64,000 bases of DNA from Bacteroidales bacterium (GCA_030681475.1 JAUXWT010000055.1:4914-68913); one strand, 5' to 3'; positions 8,185-17,881 are shown, counted from the first letter of the stretch. Program-made: numbers and translations. The notes: generated by a model from the letters alone, not told the origin.

Positions 8185-9480
8185 ATGCAACGGTTTGCAC
8201 AAACAGCTTTGTCGCAGTGGAAAAAGTCAAAGAACAGGAAGCCTTTGATCATCCAGGGAGCCAGACAGGTGGGCAAAACCTGGCTCATGAAAGAGTTTGG
8301 CAGAAGAGAATATGAACAGGTTGCTTACATCAACTTCGAATCCTCCGATTCCCTGAAATCAATTTTCAGGGAAGATTTTGATATAGGCAGATTAATCACT
8401 GCCTTTCAAATTGAAACAGGGATCAGGATACGGCCTGATAATACATTGATCATTCTTGATGAGATCCAGGAAGTTGAAAGGGGAATTACCTCCCTTAAGT
8501 ATTTTTGCGAGGATGCTCCGCAGTATCATATCATCGCAGCCGGTTCTCTTCTCGGGATCACCCTGCATCAGAATACATCGTTTCCCGTCGGGAAGGTGGA
8601 CTTTCTGACCCTCTACCCCATGTCTTTCAATGAATTTTTATTGGCGCTGGGCCAGGAACAACTATATGAACTGCTGGAAAGCAATGACTGGCCGATGATT
8701 ACCACCTTCAAAACAAAACTGATCGGCCATCTCCGTCATTATTATTTTATCGGGGGCATGCCTGAGGCCGTAAGTTCTTTCATCAGTGAAAACGATTTTG
8801 ACCGGGTAAGAACCATCCAGAAAAACATTTTATCAGCTTATGAGCATGATTTTTCAAAACATGCCCCCGCAGAGATTGTTCCCCGGATAAAAATGTTGTG
8901 GCAATCAATTCCTTCCCAATTATCAAAGGAGAATAAGAAGTTCATTTACGGTGTCGTGAAACAGGGAGGTCGAGCAAAGGAGTTCGAGCTTGCGTTGGCC
9001 TGGATGGCAGATTGCGGACTGGTGCACAAAATTCAGCGCATTTCAAAAGCTGCCGTTCCGTTGGTTGCGTACCAGGATACTTCGGCATTCAAGCTGTATA
9101 TCCTCGATGTCGGTCTATTGTCTGCAATGGGAGGTCTGACCAAACAAACCATTCTCCTGGGAAATTCGATATTCAGCGAGTTCAAAGGAGCCCTTGCTGA
9201 GCAGTTTGTCCTGCAGCATCTTAAAAACCGGCAAAACGTGCAGGTTTTCTACTGGTCATCAGATACCTCCAGCGGCGAACTGGATTTTGTAATCCAAAAT
9301 AATGATCGTGTCATTCCTATTGAAGTAAAAGCAGAGGAGAACCTGAAAGCAAAAAGCTTGAAATCTTTTTTTGAAAAGTTCAGTCCGACAATTTCTGTCA
9401 GAACCTCAATGTCAGATTATCGGAAAGAAAGCTGGCTGGTCAACATTCCTTTATATGCGATTGATTCTTTTCCTTTCTGA
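8185..9480 (+). CDS. AAA+ ATPase of the COG1373 type (AAA_14 + DUF4143) with PD-(D/E)xK-like C-terminal motif
   Basis: Walker A GARQVGKT, Walker B-like LIILDEIQ. C-terminal GELDFVIQNNDRVIPIEVKAEE resembles a D...E.K restriction-endonuclease-fold motif. Confidence 0.8.
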   Translation: MQRFAQTALSQWKKSKNRKPLIIQGARQVGKTWLMKEFGRREYEQVAYINFESSDSLKSIFREDFDIGRLITAFQIETGIRIRPDNTLIILDEIQEVERGITSLKYFCEDAPQYHIIAAGSLLGITLHQNTSFPVGKVDFLTLYPMSFNEFLLALGQEQLYELLESNDWPMITTFKTKLIGHLRHYYFIGGMPEAVSSFISENDFDRVRTIQKNILSAYEHDFSKHAPAEIVPRIKMLWQSIPSQLSKENKKFIYGVVKQGGRAKEFELALAWMADCGLVHKIQRISKAAVPLVAYQDTSAFKLYILDVGLLSAMGGLTKQTILLGNSIFSEFKGALAEQFVLQHLKNRQNVQVFYWSSDTSSGELDFVIQNNDRVIPIEVKAEENLKAKSLKSFFEKFSPTISVRTSMSDYRKESWLVNIPLYAIDSFPF

Positions 9481-9488
9481 AAGATCAA

Positions 9489-9707
9489 TTTCCAAATCCG
9501 GCCACTCACACCATCAATCTCGTCCCATCGTTAAAATCCGGGACTGGAACCGCGATCTTACTCGACATAAGGGGAAGAGAACTTGGTCGTGCGGCAATAT
9601 CAGCGGATCATACTCAAATAGATGTCAGGCATATCGCCTCAGGCATCTATTTCGTACGGTTCATCAGTGATAGCAGGGTTGAATCAGCGAGGTTTATAAA
9701 ACAATAA
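9489..9707 (+). pseudogene. Orphan T9SS type-A C-terminal sorting domain (3' gene remnant without start or upstream body)
   Basis: My own translation of the frame ending at TAA 9705-9707 gives FPNPATHTINLVPSLKSGTGTAILLDIRGRELGRAAISADHTQIDVRHIASGIYFVRFISDSRVESARFIKQ*. There is no ATG/GTG/TTG in frame, and it starts right after the ATPase stop (9478-9480). Confidence 0.6.
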
Positions 9708-9800
9708 TGGATCCAAACCATCTATTTTGCAGGAACATTAAAAATAAACCCGACGCCAAAAACATTCTCAATACTCAGGTTTGGATCTTCTTTAAGATAT

Positions 9801-11558
9801 TTGCGGATTTTAGTAATAAACACATCCAGGCTCCTTTTTTATTATCCTCCCGACCTGGGAAGTCTTTATACCTATCGCAGTTACCATACATTCAAATATT
9901 TTGATATTACAGTGACAGGATCCGCCAACCAGGCCATCACTGGAAGGGTGTGGTCGAAAGCATGGCAGTTTAATTGCGGACCGGTCCAGCATCCTCCGAC
10001 CACCAGCCGGTTCTATGGAACCATGTTCATCCTTTCCGACGACAGCATTGTAACCAGTGTCAACTGCAATGGATTTGTCGGGGGTACATTTTCTGTTTCC
10101 AGCAATAAAACCGGATGTTCAACAACCGGGAATATCGACGTCGACCGGCAATCGCGAACCGGTTTCCATACCTACCCGCAATACAAGATCTTTTTAACTG
10201 ATCCCGACAACGTTATTTTTCCTACAGGGAAGGCTCAGCCGGGTATTATTCTCCCTATCCTGACCAACAGCCGTTGTGAAACAGGCGCCGTTGATATCGC
10301 GGTAAAAGTGGACCAGGATGGCTTGATGGAAATATTTATCGAAGTCAATCCCAACCCCGGCGCCGATCCCCAGGATGTAACACTTACGGCCAATGTACTT
10401 GCTGTTCCGGGGGGCAACGGATACAACATGATCCGGTGGAATGGTAAAGACGGCCAAGGCAAACCGGTCAAACATGGTACCAGCGTCATTGCCACGCTTA
10501 GGTTTATCCACGGAATTACACACCTTCCGATGTATGATATTGAATTCAACGACAATGGCTATAAGGTTGATGTCATACGCCCACCGGGGATAAGCCCGCT
10601 GATTTATTGGGACGACAGCATGATCCCGAATGGATATACAGTTAACCTGAGCGGATGCAATGATCCCACGGGCTGCCATTTGTGGGATATTGAAGCCGGT
10701 GATACCAATACCATCAATTCCTGGTGGTATGTGGCAAGTTCAACCGCCCCGGCCGTCACACTGACAGTGCTCAGAGGGCCGGGTAACCTCGGAAATGTCA
10801 TCGGAGAAGCCGCTCATTGTGAAGGTATGGTGACAAAGAACTATTCGATCAAAGCCGATTCAAATGCCACGGCCTATATATGGAGCTATACCGGGACAGG
10901 CGTTTCTTTGACCTGCAGCGGGACAAACCTCAGCATTGACTTTTCAGCCGATGCTACTTCAGGGGCGCTTTCTGTTTCAGGCAGTAATGCTGACTGTGGC
11001 TCCGGACCAGTCTCAACGTTGCCGATTACGATTTTTTCAACACCTGAGGTAACACTTGAAACATTTGATTCTGTTTGCTATAATGCGCCTTCATTCCAAT
11101 TGTACGGCGGTGCGCCTCCCGGAGGTGAATATTTTATCGATGGAGCAATAACCAGTACTTTTGATCCGCTAAATGCCGGCCAGGGAAGCCATTTCGTCAT
11201 TTACAGATATAAAGATTCACATGGTTGTATAAATTCAGACAGCTCTGTACTAAATATCAAAACTGGCCGGGAGTGCGAAATCGTGATGTGGGTCCCCAAT
11301 GCATTTACCCCGGATGGGGACGGGTTGAATGATACTTTCAGGCCGTTTTCGAGGAATATCAGAGAATTCAGCATGAACATCTATGACCGCTCCGGCGAAC
11401 TGGTATTCACCTCGATGCACCCGGATATGGGATGGGATGGTACCTTCCATGGATCGATTTGTCCGCCAGGAACCTATGTTTATATTATTGTTTACAGATC
11501 GCCGCCTTCGCTGCCAGATAACAAGATCTTGACAGGGGATGTTATTTTAGTCCGGTAA
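9801..11558 (+). CDS. Cell-surface protein with T9SS type-B (gliding-motility-associated) C-terminal domain, apparently lacking an N-terminal signal peptide
   Basis: C-terminal VPNAFTPDGDGLNDTFRPF...DRSGELVF...GWDGTF..G....PGTYVYII is the type-B CTD signature. The ORF opens with TTG at 9801 and no hydrophobic leader. The same frame is closed by the remnant's TAA at 9705. Confidence 0.65.
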   Translation: MRILVINTSRLLFYYPPDLGSLYTYRSYHTFKYFDITVTGSANQAITGRVWSKAWQFNCGPVQHPPTTSRFYGTMFILSDDSIVTSVNCNGFVGGTFSVSSNKTGCSTTGNIDVDRQSRTGFHTYPQYKIFLTDPDNVIFPTGKAQPGIILPILTNSRCETGAVDIAVKVDQDGLMEIFIEVNPNPGADPQDVTLTANVLAVPGGNGYNMIRWNGKDGQGKPVKHGTSVIATLRFIHGITHLPMYDIEFNDNGYKVDVIRPPGISPLIYWDDSMIPNGYTVNLSGCNDPTGCHLWDIEAGDTNTINSWWYVASSTAPAVTLTVLRGPGNLGNVIGEAAHCEGMVTKNYSIKADSNATAYIWSYTGTGVSLTCSGTNLSIDFSADATSGALSVSGSNADCGSGPVSTLPITIFSTPEVTLETFDSVCYNAPSFQLYGGAPPGGEYFIDGAITSTFDPLNAGQGSHFVIYRYKDSHGCINSDSSVLNIKTGRECEIVMWVPNAFTPDGDGLNDTFRPFSRNIREFSMNIYDRSGELVFTSMHPDMGWDGTFHGSICPPGTYVYIIVYRSPPSLPDNKILTGDVILVR

Positions 11559-11652
11559 AGAACACCCGGTTGACTTTCTGAAGAAACCGAAGTTATCTTT
11601 CAAGAATGAAATGACCAGAGCATTGTAAGCTTTTTCATTACCGTAAGGGGCA

Positions 11653-12921
11653 TCAGCCACACGTCATCTCCCCTGCATTCTTCTTTGCCGAAAGCAGGAT
11701 ATATGCCCCTTTGGTTACGATTTTGGTGTTCATTAAATCGAAGCCTGCAGGTGGCTGAATTTCCGTAAAACCATCATTGGTTTCACCTTTTACAACTTCG
11801 ATAAAGCGATATTCGGTAAAGGGCTTGCCGCCTTCTTCTTTGTCTTTTTCGTATGCAAGAATATAGTGCTTGTTATCAAACGACACTACTGCATCAGCAG
11901 GAACAGCGGCAACCTGTTTGTCTGTTTTTTCGATATGGGCCAGCACATACATCCCGGGTAAAACGTTTACACAAGGCTGCTGCACAGTTGCATAGACTTT
12001 GTAGGTTTTATCGGCATTAATTGATTTGCCGACCTGGTAAACAACCGCATTATGCTCATGGGATTCGTTATTAATAGCAAAATGAACTACCTGACCAATG
12101 GATATACTATTGGCATCTTTTTCGAACAGCGTCAGCTCAAGCAATAATTTATCTTTATTGACAATTTCGAACAACACATCGGATGGCGAAACATATTTAC
12201 CCATGCTGATATTGGCCGTTGTAATGTAACCACTAATAGGTGATCGCAGGGAAATAATCGCCGAAATGTTTTCTTCTGTAAGAACAGCAGCATTTATGCC
12301 AATGACAGATAGTTTTTGTTCGATGCCTTTTAACCGGGCCTTCAAACTAAGATAGTCGGAGGTTGTTTGCTGCAGGTTTTTTTGAGAATAAACATCGTTT
12401 TCATATAATTCGGTGTGGCGCTTGTATTCGGCGTAGGCAAATTCATACTTACTTCTTATTTCGAAATAATTTTGCTGAAGTTCTACAAACTCCATGTTCT
12501 CGATGGTAGCGAGTGTTTGTCCTTTTATTACTGCAATTCCGGGTAATAAGTTAGAAGATTTAACAAAACCACCAAGGGGGACACTTACCGAAGCCGTGTT
12601 TTGAGGAATAGTGGATACGATGCCGTTTGCTTTGATAACACCGCTTACCTGACGCATTTGCACTTTGCCCATCTCAATACCTGCTACTTTTATTTGCTCG
12701 GCATTCAGTTCAACGATATCGTCGGGTAACTCTTCGTGTCCTCCTTCAGCTTCAGCTTCACCGGCGCCATGATCATGGCCTGCATGGCTTTCTGTTTCTC
12801 CAGATCCGGCATGGATTTCGGCAGTATGACCGTGTTCATCGGTTTTTTCCCCTTTACACCCAAAAAGAAAAGCTGTCCCTGCCAATAAAGAAAGAATGAT
12901 ACTATATTTTAATGTTTTCAT
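11653..12921 (-). CDS. Efflux RND periplasmic adaptor subunit (CzcB/HlyD family) with His/Glu-rich N-terminal segment
   Basis: Lipoprotein-type signal (LAGTAFLFGCKGE). HGHTAEIHAGSGETESHAGHDHGAGEAEAEGGHEE tract. Overall barrel-sandwich/coiled-coil adaptor layout. 11 nt downstream of the RND pump gene. Confidence 0.85.
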   Translation of the reverse strand: MKTLKYSIILSLLAGTAFLFGCKGEKTDEHGHTAEIHAGSGETESHAGHDHGAGEAEAEGGHEELPDDIVELNAEQIKVAGIEMGKVQMRQVSGVIKANGIVSTIPQNTASVSVPLGGFVKSSNLLPGIAVIKGQTLATIENMEFVELQQNYFEIRSKYEFAYAEYKRHTELYENDVYSQKNLQQTTSDYLSLKARLKGIEQKLSVIGINAAVLTEENISAIISLRSPISGYITTANISMGKYVSPSDVLFEIVNKDKLLLELTLFEKDANSISIGQVVHFAINNESHEHNAVVYQVGKSINADKTYKVYATVQQPCVNVLPGMYVLAHIEKTDKQVAAVPADAVVSFDNKHYILAYEKDKEEGGKPFTEYRFIEVVKGETNDGFTEIQPPAGFDLMNTKIVTKGAYILLSAKKNAGEMTCG

Positions 12922-12932
12922 CGTTGTTTGAT

Positions 12933-15900
12933 TTAAAATGTTTTACCTGTGATAAATTCAATGGAAATGATGGTTTGGTTGTAGCCGTTGAGCGCATCAA
13001 GGAAACTTTGCCTGATACCCAGTGCACGGTTGAGGTGGAGTATATAATCAAGGTAATCCATGGCCCCTGCTTTATAACTCCGGGTTGCCTGGTCAATGAT
13101 CAGATCGGCTTCGGGAACGGCCTGCTTTTCGTAATAATCAACACTGTTGCTGTATTTTGAAAACTCGTCGAGCAAAGCCCGGTAGTTACCGGTAAGCGAA
13201 TTGGCATAATACTCGGCGTTAACCTGCGCAACCTGTCGTTTCAATCCGGCAGCCTTTATTTTCGAAGCGTGGGGTGCGAACCATAATGGGATTGCAATAC
13301 CGGCAAGGATACCATCGAAACGGTTGGCCGGACCAAAGGTGTGGGGTGTTCCGTTCACATCCTGAACACCCTGGATCGTCTGAGTAAAATAACCAATGTT
13401 AAAATCGGGCATCATGCGGCTTTGCTCCACTTTTTTCTCCAAAAGGGAAATTTCAACCTGTTGCTGCATATAAGCTGCCGAGGGATTTGCAGAAATTGCC
13501 AGACTATCGTCGACAGGCGAATAGACCATGCGCTGCAGAATCGTGTCGGCAGGATAAATAGTTGATTTAGTGTTTAAAATCGTTTGCAGCCTTTGAGCGT
13601 AAATACGCAGGTCGGCGGTCATCTGCTGCAACTTGTTTTTCACTTCAAGACTTTGCGAACGGGCGTTGATCATTTCAAGGCGGTTTGTTTCACCTGTTTT
13701 TGCCCTTTGTTCAGCGGCCTTCTGAAATCCTGAATACAAACTGTCCTGGTAGGTTAGCAATTTCTGTTTTGAGTAAAAATATACAAGTTGCCAGTACACC
13801 TGCTTTACCTGTGAGGCTATTTCGACCTGCGAGGTCTTATGCTGCCATTCGCTGCTTTTCACATTTGCGTTGGCCAGTTTGTGCTGGTTGATATACACCG
13901 TAGGAAAAGCAAAGGATTGCTGAACGGTAAAACTGTTATCATTGGAATATGAGTTAGATTGTCCGTATTGCCCTGCGATAACGGTCTTAGGGATATCCCA
14001 CGAAGTACCCTTCATTGCTTTCTGAATATCGACAGCAAAGGCCGATGATTGAACCGCCAGATTACTGTCCAGCGCCATTCTTACAGCATCCTGAAGGTTG
14101 ATGGTTTTATGTTGCTGGGCTCTGACATTGTTGAATAAGGAAGTTCCAAGAAACACCAGTACCAAGGCTAAACCGGTACTGATCCTGTTTCCACCGGCAG
14201 GCATCGTGAATTTCCGCCTGGTGAAAAGGATATATAAAACAGGCAAGACAACCAGGGTCAGCAATGTTGATGTAATCAACCCTCCGATGACCACTGTTGC
14301 CAGAGGTTTTTGAACTTCAGCGCCCGCAGAAGTTGACAATGCCATGGGCAGGAAGCCGAATGATGCGACGGCAGCCGTCATTACCACGGGGCGTAAACGT
14401 GTTTTCAAACCTTTCAATACCCGTTCGGTAGTATCGGCAATGCCTTCCTTTTCGAGGCGGTTGAACTCAACAATCAGAACAATGCCATTGAGAACTGCCA
14501 CGCCAAAAAGTGCAATAAAACCCACTCCTGCTGAAATGGAAAAATTCATATCACGCAGCCATAAAGCCACAACCCCGCCAATTGCAGCCATTGGTACAGC
14601 CGAGAAGATCAGCACGGTCTGCTTCAGTGAATGGAATGTGAAATACAACAACACGAAAATAAGCAGCAAAGCCACAGGAACAGCAATTGCCAGTCGTTCG
14701 CGGGCAGCGATGAGATTTTCGAACTGACCGCCATAGGTAGCATAATATCCAACAGGGAGCGATAATTTGTTGTCTATTTCAGATTGAACTTCACGCACGA
14801 CACTTTCCACATCCCTCCCACGCACGTTAAAGCCTATGGTTAGTCGGCGTTTGGTATTTTCCCGTGATACCTGTGCAGGTCCTGCTTTAATTTCGACGGC
14901 GGCCAGCTGGTCAAGAGAAATCATCCTGCCATCAGGAAGGGCAACAGTAAGATTTTTCACATCGGAGATATCCTTACGGTGCTCCTTATCAAGGCGAACC
15001 ACCAGGTCGAACCGTTTCTCCTCATCAAATACAACTCCGGCAACACTTCCGGCAAACGCAGCCTGCAAAATCTTGTTAAGATCTGCAACAGACAATCCGT
15101 ATTGTGCCAAACGCTTGCGATCGTATTCAACCTGTATTTGAGCCAGTCCCGTTACTTTTTCAACATTAATATCCTCAATGCCCTGTGTATTTTGAATTAA
15201 TTTTTCGATTTCGGCAGCTTTCAAGGCCAGGGTATCAAGATTATCTCCAAATAGTTTTATAGCCACATCCTGCCGTGAACCAGTCATCAGCTCATTGAAC
15301 CTTAACTGAATGGGCTGTTGGAATTCAAATTTCACACCAGCTAAGACAGCAAGTTTTTCTTCCATTTTCTCCACCAGCTCTTCCCGGGTTTTTGCAGTCG
15401 TCCATTCACTCTTGTCTTTGAGCGTAATGATATAATCTCCGGTTTCCATAGGCGTTGGATCAGTAGGTATTTCACCCGGTCCGATTTTGCAAACAAGGTG
15501 TTTAATTTCGGGAAAATTATCCCTTAAAATTTTGTTGGCTTTTTGAACCACTTCAATAGTGTTGGATGGAGAACCGCCTTGAAGTGTAATGACCAGTCCT
15601 GCCAGGTCTCCTTCTTCAAGTTGGGGGATAAACTCGCCGCCCAACCGGCTGAAAAGAAAAAGACTACCTGCAAATAACAAAACTGATGTTGCAACGACAG
15701 TGATCTTATGACGCAAAGCAAGTGCAATTACAGGTTTGAATGCGCTGTGAAGGAAATCCATGATCTTGTCGGAAATATTCGGTTTGTGTTCTGTTTTCTT
15801 GCTTAAGACCAATGAAGAGATCATTGGAACCCACGTAAGTGAGAGAATAAAAGCTCCGAATATGGCAAAACTTACCACCTGCCCCATTGGCCGGAACATT

Positions 15901-17321
15901 TTACCTTCGATACCTATCAGCGCCAGAATTGGCAGGTAAACGATGAGGATGATAATTTCACCAAATGCTGCTGCTGTGCGTATCCGGCTTGAAGCCTGGA
16001 ATACCTCTTCATCCATTTGTTTTTGTGAAAGCACTTTAAAGCCCGTATGATGCGATTTGCTTTGCGTTATACGATACACAATACTTTCGACAATTATGAC
16101 CGCCCCATCCACAATTAACCCGAAATCGATGGCGCCCAGGCTCATGAGGTTTCCCGAAACCCCAAAGAGTCTCATCATTGAAACGGCAAAAAGCATGGAA
16201 AGGGGTATTACAGAAGCGACAATAAGCCCTGCACGCATATTGCCCAGAAGCAATACAAGAATGAATATTACGATCAATGCCCCCTCAATAAGGTTCCTGG
16301 AAACGGTTCCAATAGCCCTGTCAACCAGATCGGTGCGGTCGAGGTAAGGAGTAATTTTGATACCGTCGGGAAGTGATTTTTGAATAGAGGTGATTTTTTC
16401 TTTTACATTTCCTATTACTTCGTGGGCATTGGCGCCTTTCAGCATCATGACCACCCCGCCAACCGTCTCGCTTGAATCGGAAACCAAAGCGCCGTAACGG
16501 GTTGCGTTTCCAAATTGTACCGTCGCGATATCGCGGATTAACACAGGAATACCGGTTACAGATTTTACAACAATGTTTTCAATGTCTGCGAGCGACGATA
16601 CAAGGCCAATACCCCTGATAAAATAGGCTGTTGGTTTTTTATCGATATAGGCGCTACCGGTATTTTCGTTGTTGTTTTCAAGGGCTTCAAAAATATTTGT
16701 CAGAGAAAGCCCCATCGCCCTCAACTTTTCCGGGTTTATGGCTATCTCGTATTGTTTGACAAACCCTCCGTAACTATTAACATCAGCCACCCCGGGTGTA
16801 CCCAGCATTTGACGGCGCACAATCCAGTCCTGAAGTGTGCGTAAATCCATAAGGGAATATTTATTCTCAAAACCCTTATCTATTTCCAGCGTGTACTGGA
16901 AAATTTCACCCAACCCTGTTGAGATTGGGGCCATCTCGATTTTTGCCAATCCCTGTGGAATCTGGTCTTCGGCTTCACGCAACCTTTCGCCGATCTGCTG
17001 CCGTGCCCAGTAAATATCCACATTATCTTTAAATACCACTGTAATGACCGACAATCCCAAACGCGAAATTGAGCGAAGTTCGATAACGTCCGGGATGTTG
17101 GCAACCGCCACCTCAACCGGGGCTGTGATGAAACTTTCCACCTCCTGTACAGCCAATGAAGGCGCTCGGGCAATTACCTGCACCTGATTGTTGGTTATAT
17201 CAGGTACAGCATCGATGGGCAAATGAATAAGCGAATAAGTTCCCCACAAGACCAATGCAAGGGTAAACAACCCTATTATTATCTTGTTCTTTATAGAAAA
17301 TTGAATGATATGTTCTATCAT
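12933..17321 (-). CDS. CusA/CzcA-family heavy-metal RND permease fused in frame to a TolC-like outer-membrane factor domain (1462 aa)
   Basis: Residues 1-~1036 have typical RND layout and motifs (e.g. VPDITNNQVQV, GAIDFGLIVDGAVIIVE). From residue 1040 (minus-strand ATG at 14204) the sequence MPAGGNRISTGLALVLVFLGTSLFNNVRAQ reads as a signal peptide. A ~420-aa TolC/CzcC-like domain follows (LQDAVRMALDSNLAV...). Confidence 0.85.
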   Translation of the reverse strand: MIEHIIQFSIKNKIIIGLFTLALVLWGTYSLIHLPIDAVPDITNNQVQVIARAPSLAVQEVESFITAPVEVAVANIPDVIELRSISRLGLSVITVVFKDNVDIYWARQQIGERLREAEDQIPQGLAKIEMAPISTGLGEIFQYTLEIDKGFENKYSLMDLRTLQDWIVRRQMLGTPGVADVNSYGGFVKQYEIAINPEKLRAMGLSLTNIFEALENNNENTGSAYIDKKPTAYFIRGIGLVSSLADIENIVVKSVTGIPVLIRDIATVQFGNATRYGALVSDSSETVGGVVMMLKGANAHEVIGNVKEKITSIQKSLPDGIKITPYLDRTDLVDRAIGTVSRNLIEGALIVIFILVLLLGNMRAGLIVASVIPLSMLFAVSMMRLFGVSGNLMSLGAIDFGLIVDGAVIIVESIVYRITQSKSHHTGFKVLSQKQMDEEVFQASSRIRTAAAFGEIIILIVYLPILALIGIEGKMFRPMGQVVSFAIFGAFILSLTWVPMISSLVLSKKTEHKPNISDKIMDFLHSAFKPVIALALRHKITVVATSVLLFAGSLFLFSRLGGEFIPQLEEGDLAGLVITLQGGSPSNTIEVVQKANKILRDNFPEIKHLVCKIGPGEIPTDPTPMETGDYIITLKDKSEWTTAKTREELVEKMEEKLAVLAGVKFEFQQPIQLRFNELMTGSRQDVAIKLFGDNLDTLALKAAEIEKLIQNTQGIEDINVEKVTGLAQIQVEYDRKRLAQYGLSVADLNKILQAAFAGSVAGVVFDEEKRFDLVVRLDKEHRKDISDVKNLTVALPDGRMISLDQLAAVEIKAGPAQVSRENTKRRLTIGFNVRGRDVESVVREVQSEIDNKLSLPVGYYATYGGQFENLIAARERLAIAVPVALLLIFVLLYFTFHSLKQTVLIFSAVPMAAIGGVVALWLRDMNFSISAGVGFIALFGVAVLNGIVLIVEFNRLEKEGIADTTERVLKGLKTRLRPVVMTAAVASFGFLPMALSTSAGAEVQKPLATVVIGGLITSTLLTLVVLPVLYILFTRRKFTMPAGGNRISTGLALVLVFLGTSLFNNVRAQQHKTINLQDAVRMALDSNLAVQSSAFAVDIQKAMKGTSWDIPKTVIAGQYGQSNSYSNDNSFTVQQSFAFPTVYINQHKLANANVKSSEWQHKTSQVEIASQVKQVYWQLVYFYSKQKLLTYQDSLYSGFQKAAEQRAKTGETNRLEMINARSQSLEVKNKLQQMTADLRIYAQRLQTILNTKSTIYPADTILQRMVYSPVDDSLAISANPSAAYMQQQVEISLLEKKVEQSRMMPDFNIGYFTQTIQGVQDVNGTPHTFGPANRFDGILAGIAIPLWFAPHASKIKAAGLKRQVAQVNAEYYANSLTGNYRALLDEFSKYSNSVDYYEKQAVPEADLIIDQATRSYKAGAMDYLDYILHLNRALGIRQSFLDALNGYNQTIISIEFITGKTF

Positions 17322-17405
17322 ATGGCAAATGAATTAATTAGAATTAATACTCAAATCATTATCCTCAAGCAACAGCTTGGAACAAGAAAAAAAACAGTTG
17401 AAGTA

Positions 17406-17717
17406 TTAAATTAATTCAGGTGGGAGCCAGATGGAACGATATGGTTCGGAATTGAAGTCAGCCGAATACCAGAATACCAGGTGACCCGGGAGGGAGATAA
17501 CTTCGGCAAGTACAATGCTTTCTGCAGATACGACCTGGTTTCCGCAACAATTGCAATCACAAAACGGAGAGCATTGGTCCGCATCATTTTCATGGTTGTG
17601 ACCTGCATGGTCAGTTTGCTCTGTCGGATGAATTGTACTTTCAAATGGCCTGTCAACGCAAGGGATTGCGATGAGGACCAAAATGTAGAGAGATAATATG
17701 AGCGTAAGTACCTTCAT
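17406..17717 (-). CDS. Small membrane-anchored Cys/His-rich protein (resembles what I recall as the DUF6660 type) upstream of the RND pump
   Basis: Internal ATG at 17717 gives MKVLTLILSLYILVLIAIPCVD, then HAGHNHENDADQCSPFCDCNCCG. Same strand as the pump, 84 nt upstream of it. Confidence 0.55.
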   Translation of the reverse strand: MKVLTLILSLYILVLIAIPCVDRPFESTIHPTEQTDHAGHNHENDADQCSPFCDCNCCGNQVVSAESIVLAEVISLPGHLVFWYSADFNSEPYRSIWLPPELI

Positions 17718-17728
17718 GATTGATTGCG

Positions 17729-17736
17729 CAAAGATA
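17729..17736 (-). promoter_or_regulatory. Candidate -7 promoter box (TATCTTTG on minus strand)
   Basis: The reverse complement of CAAAGATA is TATCTTTG, 11 nt upstream of the minus-strand ATG at 17717. Confidence 0.35.
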
Positions 17737-17881
17737 CAAAGAAAACTCATGCCACTGAATTTCAAAGTTATTCGAGGGAATTTGCACAAACTCCTGTTCC
17801 TCGTTGAAGAAAAATTTCACAAATTATCTACCTTTACAACCTGAACGAAAAAACTCAAACCGTTACACTACTGTTTCACCA

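Noticed and set aside
9707-9904. 65-aa plus-strand ORF between the CTD remnant and the type-B cargo gene
   Set aside because: No signal peptide, no motif, AT-rich, and it overlaps the start of the larger ORF. It does not supply the missing N-terminus in any simple frameshift scheme.
14344-14727. Plus-strand ORFs (127 aa and several 60-100 aa) inside the pump-OMF fusion gene region 13341..16347
   Set aside because: All are antisense to the 1462-aa RND/OMF ORF and lack any family signature.
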